Made by a program: the position numbers and the translations under genes. Source: Deltaproteobacteria bacterium (GTDB lineage Bacteria > Myxococcota > B64-G9). From it: a stretch of DNA of 64,000 nt. Below, piece by piece: positions 48,211 to 57,432 of this stretch; within the stretch, counting starts at the first letter, position 1, and each line of letters begins with the position of its first letter. The stretch covers positions 15,990 to 79,989 of the forward strand of contig JAFGRB010000013.1 of assembly GCA_016935365.1 (NCBI GenBank). The letters are read 5' to 3'. A model generated the notes under the pieces. It did not search any database and was not told where the DNA came from. It saw only the letters and a program-made list of their open reading frames with translations.

Positions 48211-49504
48211 AGAGGATCATCTTCCCCTTGGCGAGGTAGCCCTTGTCCTTGAACGCCTTGTAGAACTCGTCCAGCAGGGCATCGATGTCCGGGAAGCGAT
48301 CGTCCGGATTGTCGCGGGTCATGCGATCGAAGAGGTCGTCGACGGACTTGGGTATGTCCTTGTTGACCTCGGAAGGCAGCCGGGAACGGCGGCCGGGGAG
48401 GTTGCCGGTCAGCATCTCGTAGAGCATGATGCCGAGCGCATAGATGTCGGTCGACGGATTGAGCTCTTCATCGCCTTGCATCTGCTCGGGCGAGAGGTAA
48501 CCGATCGTGCCCGTCACCACGCGTGGAATGGACCGTTTGGCATCGGTCTGGAGCAGGCGCGTCATGCCAAAATCGGTCAGGCGTACGTTCCCGAGCGAGT
48601 CCAGCAAGAGGTTCTCCGGCTTCAGGTTGCCGTGGCAGACGCCGTCCTTGTGCGCCGCCTTCAGGGCGTAGCAGGCCTGCAGGAACCAGACCAGACAATG
48701 CTCGATGTCGGATTCTCCGCTGGCCATGCGGGTCTTCAGATTGCCATCCGGCAAGTACTCCATGACGAAGAACGGATGCGCCACCTCCACGTTCTGGTCG
48801 ATGATCTTGACGATCAGCGGGTGCTGGAGAAGGGCCATCTGGCCGACGACCTCCCGCAGGTGGCGGATCACCTCCGAGCGCTGCAAGAAGTTGAAGTAGG
48901 TGAAGAGCTCCTTGATCTCCTTGATGGCCACGTCGAGCGCCAGGGTGTTGAGACGCCCCTTGAACACGGTGCCGATCCCACCGCTGCCGAGCGACTCGTA
49001 GCGCGTGTACCGGGAGTCGAGCTTCGTGCCCGCATCCCGCGCCTTGGAAGGCGATGGCGCAGGCGGCCTGGCGCGCGGCTTGAAGTCGGCTTCCGGGGCC
49101 GGCTCGGGCTCGGCCGCAGGCTCTGCGGGCATCTCGAGCGAATCCATCGCCTGCTCGATGTCTCCGACCACCTCTTCATCCCCCAGCAGGGCCTGGCCCC
49201 CTTCCACCATGTCTCCGAAGTGCTGACGGAGCTCCTGCTCGAACTCGTCGCTGGAGCCGTCTCGGGCCAGGACCCGCCCCTCATCGGTGGCCGTGAGCGA
49301 GTGATCCCGGCGGTTGATGACCACATAGTTGTATCGCTTCAGGAACTTGAAGTAGTCCGCAAAGTCCAGCGAGAGGCTGCGCCCCATCTTGGCGCTCACG
49401 TCGCTGATGCGCAGGCGGTTGCCGGTCTTGTTCTCGTCGTAGAGGAAGGTCAGGATCTCGCGCATCTCGCCCACGAGCGTATCGAGCTTGACGGTCTTGT
49501 CCAT
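48161..49504 (-). CDS. Hanks-type serine/threonine protein kinase with an N-terminal non-kinase domain
   Basis: ATP-binding loop LGSGGIGTVFKG, catalytic loop VCHGNLKPENLLL, DFG and GTIGYLSPE. Start ATG 49504 has GGAGG 8 nt upstream. Confidence 0.85.
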   Translation of the reverse strand: MDKTVKLDTLVGEMREILTFLYDENKTGNRLRISDVSAKMGRSLSLDFADYFKFLKRYNYVVINRRDHSLTATDEGRVLARDGSSDEFEQELRQHFGDMVEGGQALLGDEEVVGDIEQAMDSLEMPAEPAAEPEPAPEADFKPRARPPAPSPSKARDAGTKLDSRYTRYESLGSGGIGTVFKGRLNTLALDVAIKEIKELFTYFNFLQRSEVIRHLREVVGQMALLQHPLIVKIIDQNVEVAHPFFVMEYLPDGNLKTRMASGESDIEHCLVWFLQACYALKAAHKDGVCHGNLKPENLLLDSLGNVRLTDFGMTRLLQTDAKRSIPRVVTGTIGYLSPEQMQGDEELNPSTDIYALGIMLYEMLTGNLPGRRSRLPSEVNKDIPKSVDDLFDRMTRDNPDDRFPDIDALLDEFYKAFKDKGYLAKGKMILFADTPISPEKEADEQA

Positions 49505-49659
49505 GGGGTGCCTCCAGTGGTCTGCGGCCAGGTGAACGTCCTTTGAACTATCAGAGGCATGAATGGGGGTCAAGACCGTTGCCGATCCGATCCTGGCGGT
49601 CCGCAGCGCCCATTGACAGCCCCCTCGGGCTTGCGCTATGAAGCCCGAGGAGGGAATCT

Positions 49660-50727
49660 ATGGGAATCTCGAACCTTGCAGCGATCGCCGCCGGGCTCGT
49701 ATGGCTCGCTCAGGCAGGCGCGACCCCACCGACTCACCTGCTCTGGCACCTGCAACCGGCCGAGGGGGCCAGCCCAGAGCAGACCGCGCAAGCCGAGAGA
49801 GCCATCCGCGCTTTTTTCGGGAAGCGACAGTCCGATCGCCTGATGGACGGTCTGGCCACCGACTCCTTGCTGCAGGTGCAGGGCAACGAGGAGTACATCC
49901 GCTGTGGAACGGGTACGGCCTGCCTCGTGGGGCTGGGCAAGCTGGCCAAGGTCCGATACGTGATCGCGGGTGAAGTGGCGATCCGTGCCGGGCGCACCTT
50001 GACCAAGCTGCTGTTGATCGACTGCCTGCGAGGGAATCGGATCATGGAGTCCGAGGTCGAGTCCAGCGGTCCTCCCGGCACGGATCAGCTGCTCGAGCTC
50101 GAGACCGCCATGTTCGATCCGGAGCGCTATGTGGGCAGCATCGAGCTGACCACCACGGTTCAGGGGGCCACCGTGCTGCTCGACGGTGCCAAGGTGGGCA
50201 TCACGCCCTTGCCGGGCCCGCTGGCCAAGCTGTCGGCTGGAAAGCACGAGCTCGAGGTCACGAAGCCCGGCCACCAGCCCTTCGAGCGTTCGCTGCGGGT
50301 GCCGGTCGGCAAGACGCTCCACGTCGTGGCCATCCTCCACCCGGCGGCGTACCTCAAGATTGAGCCACCGACGCCCTTCTACCTCGACTGGCCTTTCTGG
50401 ACGGCGGCCGGGGCCGGCGTGGCCGGGCTGCTCGCGGGTGGACTGCTGCACCGCGACGCGCTCGTCCTGGACGAAAACGCGGACAAGCTGGAGCGCGCTC
50501 ACCTGGCCGGTGCCGATGCCGAACGCGACAAGGCCTCCACCCGCATGCTGTCCGCGTATATCTTCTATGGGGTAGGCGGTGCCGGCCTGGTGACCGCCGC
50601 CGTCTTCGCCATCCTCGATCTGGCCTCCGGCACCGAGCCCGAGCAGGGCAGCGACTCGGCGAGTCCTGACATCCAGATCGCCCCCGGCCCTGACAGCGCG
50701 ACGATCAGGGCGAGCTGGCGCTTCTGA
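49660..50727 (+). CDS. PEGA-domain protein with a C-terminal TM segment
   Basis: PEGA motif VQGATVLLDGAKVGITPL. Signal peptide present. TM segment near the C-terminus. Confidence 0.7.
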   Translation: MGISNLAAIAAGLVWLAQAGATPPTHLLWHLQPAEGASPEQTAQAERAIRAFFGKRQSDRLMDGLATDSLLQVQGNEEYIRCGTGTACLVGLGKLAKVRYVIAGEVAIRAGRTLTKLLLIDCLRGNRIMESEVESSGPPGTDQLLELETAMFDPERYVGSIELTTTVQGATVLLDGAKVGITPLPGPLAKLSAGKHELEVTKPGHQPFERSLRVPVGKTLHVVAILHPAAYLKIEPPTPFYLDWPFWTAAGAGVAGLLAGGLLHRDALVLDENADKLERAHLAGADAERDKASTRMLSAYIFYGVGGAGLVTAAVFAILDLASGTEPEQGSDSASPDIQIAPGPDSATIRASWRF

Positions 50728-50750
50728 TCCGGTCTCTTCAGGAGGTACCC

Positions 50751-52343
50751 ATGAGAACGACCCTCGTCGTCATCTCCGCCATCGTGCTCGGGCTCGTCCT
50801 GCCGGCCTGTGGCGGAGGCAGCTCGGAGGTGGACGCGGGCAGCGATGCGGGTGAGATGCCCTGCGATCTGACCGACAACCCCTGCCCGGAAGGCCAGCGG
50901 TGCACCCAGCAGCAGACGTGCGTAGATGCCGATCCGCTGCAGATTGTCACCGAGTCCCTGCCCAGCGGCCGGGTCAACTTCGGTTATGACGCCCGCGTGC
51001 AGGCGGAGGGCGGCCTCGAGCCCTACCGCTGGGAGATCGCCGAGGCGGCGGCAGGGCTCGAGTTCTTGAGCATCAGCTCGAGCGGCCGGCTGACCGGCAC
51101 GCCGGATCAAGTGGTCCAGGACGCGACGATCCGCATTGCGGTGATCGATTCGGGCTACGGCGGCGGCGAGCGCAGCGAGCGGCAGTTCACCATCTCCGTC
51201 ATTCTGTGCAACGACGGCGATCGCGAGCTCTGCTACGGCCCGAGCGAAGGCGTCTGCTATCAGGGCATCCGCATCTGCGAGGGCGGCCAGATGGGAGCGT
51301 GCACGATCGGCAGCACGCCCTCGACGGATCCGCTGCAATGCGGAGCGGACTGCAGCCCCTGCGACAACGCGGTCGCGGATGCGTGCACCGAGGGTCTGTG
51401 CACCTGCGGCACCGGGCCCGTCTGCGAGGGCGGACTGAGATGCTGCGAAGGCGAGTGCATCGACGTCTCGAGCGACGTGGAGAACTGCGGCTCGTGCTTC
51501 CACGATTGCCATCTGGCCATCGCCCACGCGGAGCAGGCCGTGGTGTCCTGCGAGCAGGGCTCGTGCGATTACACCGGCCCTTGCGACCACGGCTGGCTGG
51601 ACTGCGACACGCGGCGCAACAACGGCTGCGAGCGACCGGTCGACGTGCACAACTGCGGCGAGTGTGCGCTCGACTGCGACCAGCTGGTCTCGCACGTGTC
51701 CTCGTCCCAGCGCCAGTGCCAGGACCTGGGCGACGCCTTCGTCTGCGACTACACCGGCACATGCAACCAGGACTTCGACGACTGCGATTCGAATCGCAGC
51801 AACGGTTGCGAGACGTATCTGAACGAGACGGACCACTGCGGCTCCTGCAGCAACGACTGCGGAGACAGCCAGGCGGGCGGGCTGTGCCTGAGTCCGGATC
51901 CGACCAACCTCTACTTCCACGAGTGCGGCTGTCGCTTCGACACGGCAAGCGGCGAGGCGGTGGGCTGCCCGGCGGGCGACATCTGCTGCCGGCGCGAGGA
52001 CTGCCAGGACTGCACCCGCTGGTGCACTGATCCCGCCAGTGACTCGATCAACTGCGGGGTCTGCGACGCAGAGTGCGGTGCCGGCGAAAGCTGCAGCCTG
52101 GGTGCTTGTACTTGCGGTCAGACCGGCACCTGCCCTGCATCATCCGGCGCGACGAGCTGCCAGAGCGGCCAGTGCGTTTGCGCCGAGTCGGGAGCCGGCG
52201 ACGCGCCTTGCCAGCCGGGCTGGTTCTGCTGCGACGGGACCCAGGGGGGCACCGGCGGCTCCGAGCAGGGCGATCCGGACATCGGCTGCTGCCGCAAGCT
52301 CTGCGGCCAGAACGAGTGGGAGAGCTTTCCCTGCGTTCTGTGA
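50751..52343 (+). CDS. cysteine-rich lipoprotein with an N-terminal putative Ig (He_PIG-like) domain
   Basis: Lipobox LVLPAC. LPSGRVNFGYDARVQAEGGLEPYRWEI and SISSSGRLTGTP are putative Ig-domain hallmarks. The remainder is rich in CxxC motifs. Confidence 0.75.
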   Translation: MRTTLVVISAIVLGLVLPACGGGSSEVDAGSDAGEMPCDLTDNPCPEGQRCTQQQTCVDADPLQIVTESLPSGRVNFGYDARVQAEGGLEPYRWEIAEAAAGLEFLSISSSGRLTGTPDQVVQDATIRIAVIDSGYGGGERSERQFTISVILCNDGDRELCYGPSEGVCYQGIRICEGGQMGACTIGSTPSTDPLQCGADCSPCDNAVADACTEGLCTCGTGPVCEGGLRCCEGECIDVSSDVENCGSCFHDCHLAIAHAEQAVVSCEQGSCDYTGPCDHGWLDCDTRRNNGCERPVDVHNCGECALDCDQLVSHVSSSQRQCQDLGDAFVCDYTGTCNQDFDDCDSNRSNGCETYLNETDHCGSCSNDCGDSQAGGLCLSPDPTNLYFHECGCRFDTASGEAVGCPAGDICCRREDCQDCTRWCTDPASDSINCGVCDAECGAGESCSLGACTCGQTGTCPASSGATSCQSGQCVCAESGAGDAPCQPGWFCCDGTQGGTGGSEQGDPDIGCCRKLCGQNEWESFPCVL

Positions 52344-52388
52344 GCGGGTTGCCCGCTCTGCGGAGCGAAGCCGCGCGCGGAGATCGAG

Positions 52389-53858
52389 ATGCCTCTCTGG
52401 ATGATCCTGGCGCCCGTGTTCCTGCCCCCTCTTCCGGCCCCCGATATCGAGGGGCCGGTGGCGGTGCTGGCGCTCGTCTCCGGCCAGGATGCCGATCTTC
52501 TCGATCTGGCTCGGGAGATACAGGCTCGTCTCGAAGCGCAGTCGAGCTCCGTGGAGGTGATCGTGGCGGCTGCGCTCGCCGAGCGGCTCGGCACGGGTCC
52601 CCTGGACGGGCAGGCGGAGGACCTGGCCGGTCTCCAGAACCTCTTCGATGAGGCCTACCTGCACAGCTATAGCTTCGAGAACGAGCAGGCGATCGCCAAG
52701 CTCAGAGAGCTCCTCGAGCGCCTGGCTCGCCTGCAGCCGAGCCCGGAGCGCTGGCGGCTCTTCGTCAGGTCCCAGATCTTTCTCGGCATCGCCCTGGCTG
52801 GGCTCAAGCGCGAGTCGGACGCGATGCGGGCCTTTGCCACCGTGCTCAGGACCCGGCCTGAACTCGAGCTGACGCGCCAGGAGTACTCAGGCAAGACCAT
52901 CGCCCTGTGGAACAAGGCACGCCAGCGTCTTGCATCCCTGCCCACCGGTACACTCGAGGTGCAGACCGAGCGCAAAGGAGCCCAGGTCCTGCTCGATGGC
53001 GTGCACTTCGGCACGACGCCTTTCTCCAGGGAGATCTTCCAGGGGCGCTATGATCTCCGCGTCGAGCATCCGGACGAGGGCAGCGCATCCCGCTGGGTGA
53101 CCGTCGGAGCGGGCAAAACCCAGCTGCGGATGGACCTGCTGTTCGAGGGCGCCATCCGCCGCTTCGGACCGCAGCCCGCCATCGAGCTTCCCGCGGGCCA
53201 GCGCCATCTTCCCGAGCACTGGTACCCGTGGCTCGCCAGGCGCCTCGGCGCGCCGCGCCTGATCGCCGTCAGGCGCGATCCTTCAGGCGCGCACGCCTTT
53301 CACGGCGCACTGATCCATCTGGCCACCGGCGCCGTCGAGCGGGAGGCGCACTTCGACCTGACCGGTGAAGAGCTGGCCGCCGCAGCGGCCGAGCTGGCCG
53401 CTTTCCTGCTGTCGGGCCAGGCGAGTGCCCGGCTGCGGATCCCCGCGGTCTCGCCGCTCGCCAAGGCCGAGGAGCCCGAGCCGCTCGCCGCCCTGGTGCC
53501 GGAGCTGCCCGACTCGCAAGTCGCATCCAGCCGCCCGTGGTACCGGCGCTGGTGGGTCTACAGCCTGGGCGCCGCGGCGCTGCTGGGAGGCGGGATCGGT
53601 GCCCACGCGGCCTCGGTCCACTACCAGCATCAGGCGGACGCGTCTCTGGTCCAGAGCGTGAGGAACGACAACCAGCGTCTGGCCGACGCGATGCTGGGTA
53701 CCGCCATCGGCGCATACTGTCTGGCGGGCGCGGCCGTGGCGATCGGGCTGGCGCTCGACTGGACCTACCGCGGCGATGCCGAAGACGGACCGACGCATAC
53801 GGCCCGGATCGCGCCCGCCGCGGCCGGCCTCGGCCTGCAGCTGGGCGGGCGGTTCTAG
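52389..53858 (+). CDS. PEGA-domain protein (paralogue of 49660-50727) with a C-terminal TM segment
   Basis: PEGA motif ERKGAQVLLDGVHFGTTPF and a TM segment (WWVYSLGAAALLGGGIGAHAA). Confidence 0.7.
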   Translation: MPLWMILAPVFLPPLPAPDIEGPVAVLALVSGQDADLLDLAREIQARLEAQSSSVEVIVAAALAERLGTGPLDGQAEDLAGLQNLFDEAYLHSYSFENEQAIAKLRELLERLARLQPSPERWRLFVRSQIFLGIALAGLKRESDAMRAFATVLRTRPELELTRQEYSGKTIALWNKARQRLASLPTGTLEVQTERKGAQVLLDGVHFGTTPFSREIFQGRYDLRVEHPDEGSASRWVTVGAGKTQLRMDLLFEGAIRRFGPQPAIELPAGQRHLPEHWYPWLARRLGAPRLIAVRRDPSGAHAFHGALIHLATGAVEREAHFDLTGEELAAAAAELAAFLLSGQASARLRIPAVSPLAKAEEPEPLAALVPELPDSQVASSRPWYRRWWVYSLGAAALLGGGIGAHAASVHYQHQADASLVQSVRNDNQRLADAMLGTAIGAYCLAGAAVAIGLALDWTYRGDAEDGPTHTARIAPAAAGLGLQLGGRF

Positions 53859-53943
53859 CCGAGCTGGCATCGATTGCGTTTGGATCGACATCTCGACCCG
53901 CCGGGGCTTTGCGGTCGAGCGATGGAGACGGACATCCGGGGGG

Positions 53944-54468
53944 TCAGAGCTGGGCCTGCACCTGCTCGGCCAGCCCGGGCAGGTGATCGAGCAGGCCCTC
54001 GATCCGTTCCACGTCCACCTCGTGGGCCAGGCGGGTCTTCAAGGCGCCCGACTTGCCATCGTAGATGCCCACCCCGAAGACGTAACGCCGGCCCACCCTG
54101 GACAGGGTGACCTGGATGACCGTGTCCGCTTCCGTGATCCTGCCGATCTGGGACATGCAGTCCTCGCTGTCGCAGTCCCCGAGCAAGATCTGCTGCTGCT
54201 TGTGCTGGAACATGGCCTTGATGTCGCTCGAGCACAGGGAGTTGACCCCCCGCTGCTGCAGGTTCGTGCAGAACGACTCCTCGATGCCGCCGGCGTCGTC
54301 TTTCTCGATCCCCTCGGCGGTAAAGGGCCTGACCACGACCCGGGCCTTGCCCTCCTTCGCGCTGGCGTGGCTGACCGTGGTCTTGGTCCCGCCGTGTCCC
54401 TCGCAGGCCGGCAGCAGCGTGTAGATCAAGAGGCCTAGCCAGGCCGGAATCGTCATTCGGATCTTCAT
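53944..54468 (-). CDS. hypothetical lipoprotein (LpoB/TolB-N-like scaffold)
   Basis: Lipobox LLPAC. 174 aa. Confidence 0.55.
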   Translation of the reverse strand: MKIRMTIPAWLGLLIYTLLPACEGHGGTKTTVSHASAKEGKARVVVRPFTAEGIEKDDAGGIEESFCTNLQQRGVNSLCSSDIKAMFQHKQQQILLGDCDSEDCMSQIGRITEADTVIQVTLSRVGRRYVFGVGIYDGKSGALKTRLAHEVDVERIEGLLDHLPGLAEQVQAQL

Positions 54469-55073
54469 TTGCTTCCTCCCTCTCGATTTTCACTCTCGCC
54501 CTCCACCGGCTCCAGGGGCCCGACCTGCACGCCCAGATGCTTCTGCAGCTCGGCCAGCGGAAAGGGCTTGGTCTGCTCATTGTACCCCACCCGCACCTTC
54601 AGGATCACTCCTTTCCCGTCCAGGATGAACATGGTCGGAAAGGACTTGACCTCGTATCGCCTCTGCAGGGCCTGGAAGCGATCCTTGCACACGGGAAAGG
54701 ACAGCCTCGCCTCCTGGTTGACGTAGCGGGTCACCGCCTCGATCTTGTCCGGCTTGAAGTCGCAGTTGACCGCCACCACGGCCAGGCCCCGGGTCCCGTA
54801 CAGCTCGTGAAGCCGTTGCAGGAAAGGCAGCTCCTTCCGGCAGGGCTTGCAGTCGATGTCGAAGAAGCTCAGCACGATGACTTTCCTGGGCTGGCTGGCC
54901 TTCGCGCCCACCAGATCGTTGAGCACGAAGCGGGCGACCTTGGAGAGCTCCGGGTTGTACGTGGGCAGGAAGAAACGCGGCGCCGGCTGGCCCTCGGCGA
55001 GCTCCCCGGCCCCGGCGGCAGGCAGCAGCGCGAGCCACGCCGCAGCCGAGAGCGCGATGCGTGCGAACGTCAT
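54465..55073 (-). CDS. TlpA-like thiol:disulfide oxidoreductase (thioredoxin/redoxin fold, CxxC)
   Basis: Signal peptide, then FFDIDCKPCRKELPFLQRL (CxxC active site). Start ATG 55073; the long N-terminal part of the track ORF is artefact. Confidence 0.75.
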   Translation of the reverse strand: MTFARIALSAAAWLALLPAAGAGELAEGQPAPRFFLPTYNPELSKVARFVLNDLVGAKASQPRKVIVLSFFDIDCKPCRKELPFLQRLHELYGTRGLAVVAVNCDFKPDKIEAVTRYVNQEARLSFPVCKDRFQALQRRYEVKSFPTMFILDGKGVILKVRVGYNEQTKPFPLAELQKHLGVQVGPLEPVEGESENREGGSK

Positions 55074-56347
55074 CTGGACCTCACCTCCCCGGCCAGCAGC
55101 TCGGCCAGCTCGTCGAGCGGCACGCTGCGCTGCTTGGCCGCCGAGTCGGTCGCGGCGGTCATGTCCTTGACCGTCACCGTGCCGGCCTCCAGCTCCTCGT
55201 CTCCGATCAGCAGCACGAAGCGCGCGCCGGCCTTGTCGGCTCGTTTCATCTGGGACTTGAGGCTGCCGAGGCGCACGTCGCTCGTGACGCACAGGCCCCG
55301 GCGGCGCAAGCCCTGCACCATACCCAGGCTGGCCTCCCAGGCGGCCTGGCCGCGCGTGGCCACGAAGACGAGATCCGGCCCGGCCGGCAGGCGCGATCCG
55401 CTCAGCATGAGCATGATCCGATCCAGCCCGGCCGCGAAGCCCACGGCCGGCACCTCCGGCCCGCCCAGCGCCTCGACCAGCCCGTCGTAGCGCCCGCCGG
55501 CCGCCACGGCGTTCTGGGCCCCCAGCTCGCCCGAGAGCAGCTCGAAGGTGGTTCGCGTGTAGTAGTCCAGCCCGCGCACCATGCGATGGTTGACCCGGTG
55601 GGCGATCGAGAGCGCCTCCAGCCCGGCGCGGACCGCGTCGAAGTGGTCCCGGCACGCCGCGCACAGACCGTCGAGCGTATGCGGCGCACCGTCCGCCACC
55701 CGGGCGCAGCCCTCCTGCTTGCAGTCCAGCACGCGCAGCGGATTGGTCGCGAGCCGGCGCTGGCAGTCCTCGCACAGGCTGTCCTCGCGGGTGCGCAGGT
55801 AGGCGACCAGGCTCTCGCGGTAGGCCGGCCGGCAGGCCGGGCAGCCGAGCGAGTTGAGCTCCAGCGAGCAGCCGGAGAGCCCCAGGCTCGCGGCCAGCTC
55901 GACCATCAGGTCGATGAGCTCCACGTCGGCCGCCGGGCCCTCGGCGCCGAGCAGCTCGGCGCCCACCTGGTGAAACTGGCGATAGCGGCCCTTCTGGGGG
56001 CGCTCGTGGCGGAACATGGGGCCCATGTAGTACCAGCGGCTGACGGGCTCGCTGCGCTCGACGTGGTTCTCGATGTAGGCGCGCACCGCGGACGCCGTGC
56101 CCTCGGGCCGGAGGGTGAGCTGGCTGCCGTCCCGGTCGCTGAAGCTGTACATCTCCTTGGCCACGATGTCGGTCTCGGTGCCGATCGAGCGGGCGAAGAG
56201 CTCGGACTGCTCCAGGATCGGGGTGCGGATCTCCGCGTAGCCGAAGCGCGCGCAGACCGAGGACAGCTGGCTCTCCATCCAGCGCCAGGCCGCGCTCTGC
56301 TCCGGCAGGATGTCCCGCATGCCTCGAATGATCCGGATCGGCTCCAC
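55070..56347 (-). CDS. hisS: histidine--tRNA ligase
   Basis: N-terminal IRGMRDILP. Class II aaRS motifs and an anticodon-binding domain. Confidence 0.9.
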   Translation of the reverse strand: MEPIRIIRGMRDILPEQSAAWRWMESQLSSVCARFGYAEIRTPILEQSELFARSIGTETDIVAKEMYSFSDRDGSQLTLRPEGTASAVRAYIENHVERSEPVSRWYYMGPMFRHERPQKGRYRQFHQVGAELLGAEGPAADVELIDLMVELAASLGLSGCSLELNSLGCPACRPAYRESLVAYLRTREDSLCEDCQRRLATNPLRVLDCKQEGCARVADGAPHTLDGLCAACRDHFDAVRAGLEALSIAHRVNHRMVRGLDYYTRTTFELLSGELGAQNAVAAGGRYDGLVEALGGPEVPAVGFAAGLDRIMLMLSGSRLPAGPDLVFVATRGQAAWEASLGMVQGLRRRGLCVTSDVRLGSLKSQMKRADKAGARFVLLIGDEELEAGTVTVKDMTAATDSAAKQRSVPLDELAELLAGEVRSR

Positions 56348-56497
56348 CTTGTGCTCCCCGCATCCTCAGACGCAGCCCGAATGCAGCGATTCACCCGGGC
56401 GCAGGGCAATCTAGCAACCGGCGCCCCGAAATGTCAATCGAGCGCCTTGATGGCCCCTCCCTTCCCGGAATACACTCCGCTTCCCGGAGGGACACTC

Positions 56498-57421
56498 ATG
56501 CCAGAAGCACATCGCTACGCCACTCTGGACGTGGGCTCCAACTCGGTGCTGCTGCACGTGGCCGAGCGACGGCCCGACGGCAGCTTCACCGGCCTGGCGG
56601 ACCGGGTCGAGCTCAGCCGCCTGGGAGAAGGGCTGAAGGACACGGGCCGCTTCAGCGAGCCGGCCATGGACCGAACCCTGGAGGCCATCTGCCGCTTCAA
56701 GGCGCTGGCCGACGAGCTGGGCGCCGAGGCCGTCGCGGCCGTGGGCACGATGGCCATGCGCAATGCGGCCAACGCCCGGGACTTCGCCGAGCAGGTGCGC
56801 TCGCGCTGCGGGGTGGACATCGAGGTCATCCCCGGCGAGGAGGAGGCGCGGCTGGGCTACCTGGCCGTCCGATCCGGCCTGCCCGCAGAGCTCCTGCGGC
56901 TCGTCGTCATGGACGTGGGCGGGGGCTCGACCGAGCTCATCCGCGGCTCGGGCCAGGCCATCGAGCACCGCCAGAGCCTGAACGTGGGCTCCCTGCACAT
57001 GACCGAGCAGCACCTCGTCCACGACCCGGTGCTGCCCGAGGAGCTCCGGGCTCTGCGGCAGGCGCTGCAGCAGGCCTTTGCGGATCTCGAGGCGGTGGAT
57101 GCGGACACGGGCCTGGTGGGCATCGGCGGCACGATCACGAACATGTGCGCGGTCGAGCTGAAGATGGAGGTCTACGATCCGGAGCGCATCCAGACGAGCT
57201 GTCTGAGCCGCGAGGCCGTGGAGGCGCAGCTCGAGCGCTATGCTGCCAGCAGCGTGGCCGAGCGCCGCGCGATCGCGGGCCTGCAGCCCAAGCGCGCGGA
57301 CACCATCCTGGCGGGCGCGGCCATCGTGGCCGCGGTCATGGACAGGCTCGCGTTCGAGAGCCTGTGCGTCTCTGACCGGGGCGTCCGCCACGGCCTGCTG
57401 GTGGACCGCTTCGGAGCCTGA
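56498..57421 (+). CDS. Ppx/GppA family phosphatase (exopolyphosphatase / guanosine pentaphosphatase)
   Basis: ATLDVGSNSVLLHVAE...VGTMAMRNAANA...LVVMDVGGGSTEL is an ASKHA-fold Ppx/GppA. RBS GGAGGG precedes ATG 56498. Confidence 0.85.
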   Translation: MPEAHRYATLDVGSNSVLLHVAERRPDGSFTGLADRVELSRLGEGLKDTGRFSEPAMDRTLEAICRFKALADELGAEAVAAVGTMAMRNAANARDFAEQVRSRCGVDIEVIPGEEEARLGYLAVRSGLPAELLRLVVMDVGGGSTELIRGSGQAIEHRQSLNVGSLHMTEQHLVHDPVLPEELRALRQALQQAFADLEAVDADTGLVGIGGTITNMCAVELKMEVYDPERIQTSCLSREAVEAQLERYAASSVAERRAIAGLQPKRADTILAGAAIVAAVMDRLAFESLCVSDRGVRHGLLVDRFGA

Positions 57422-57432
57422 TCGAGAAACGC

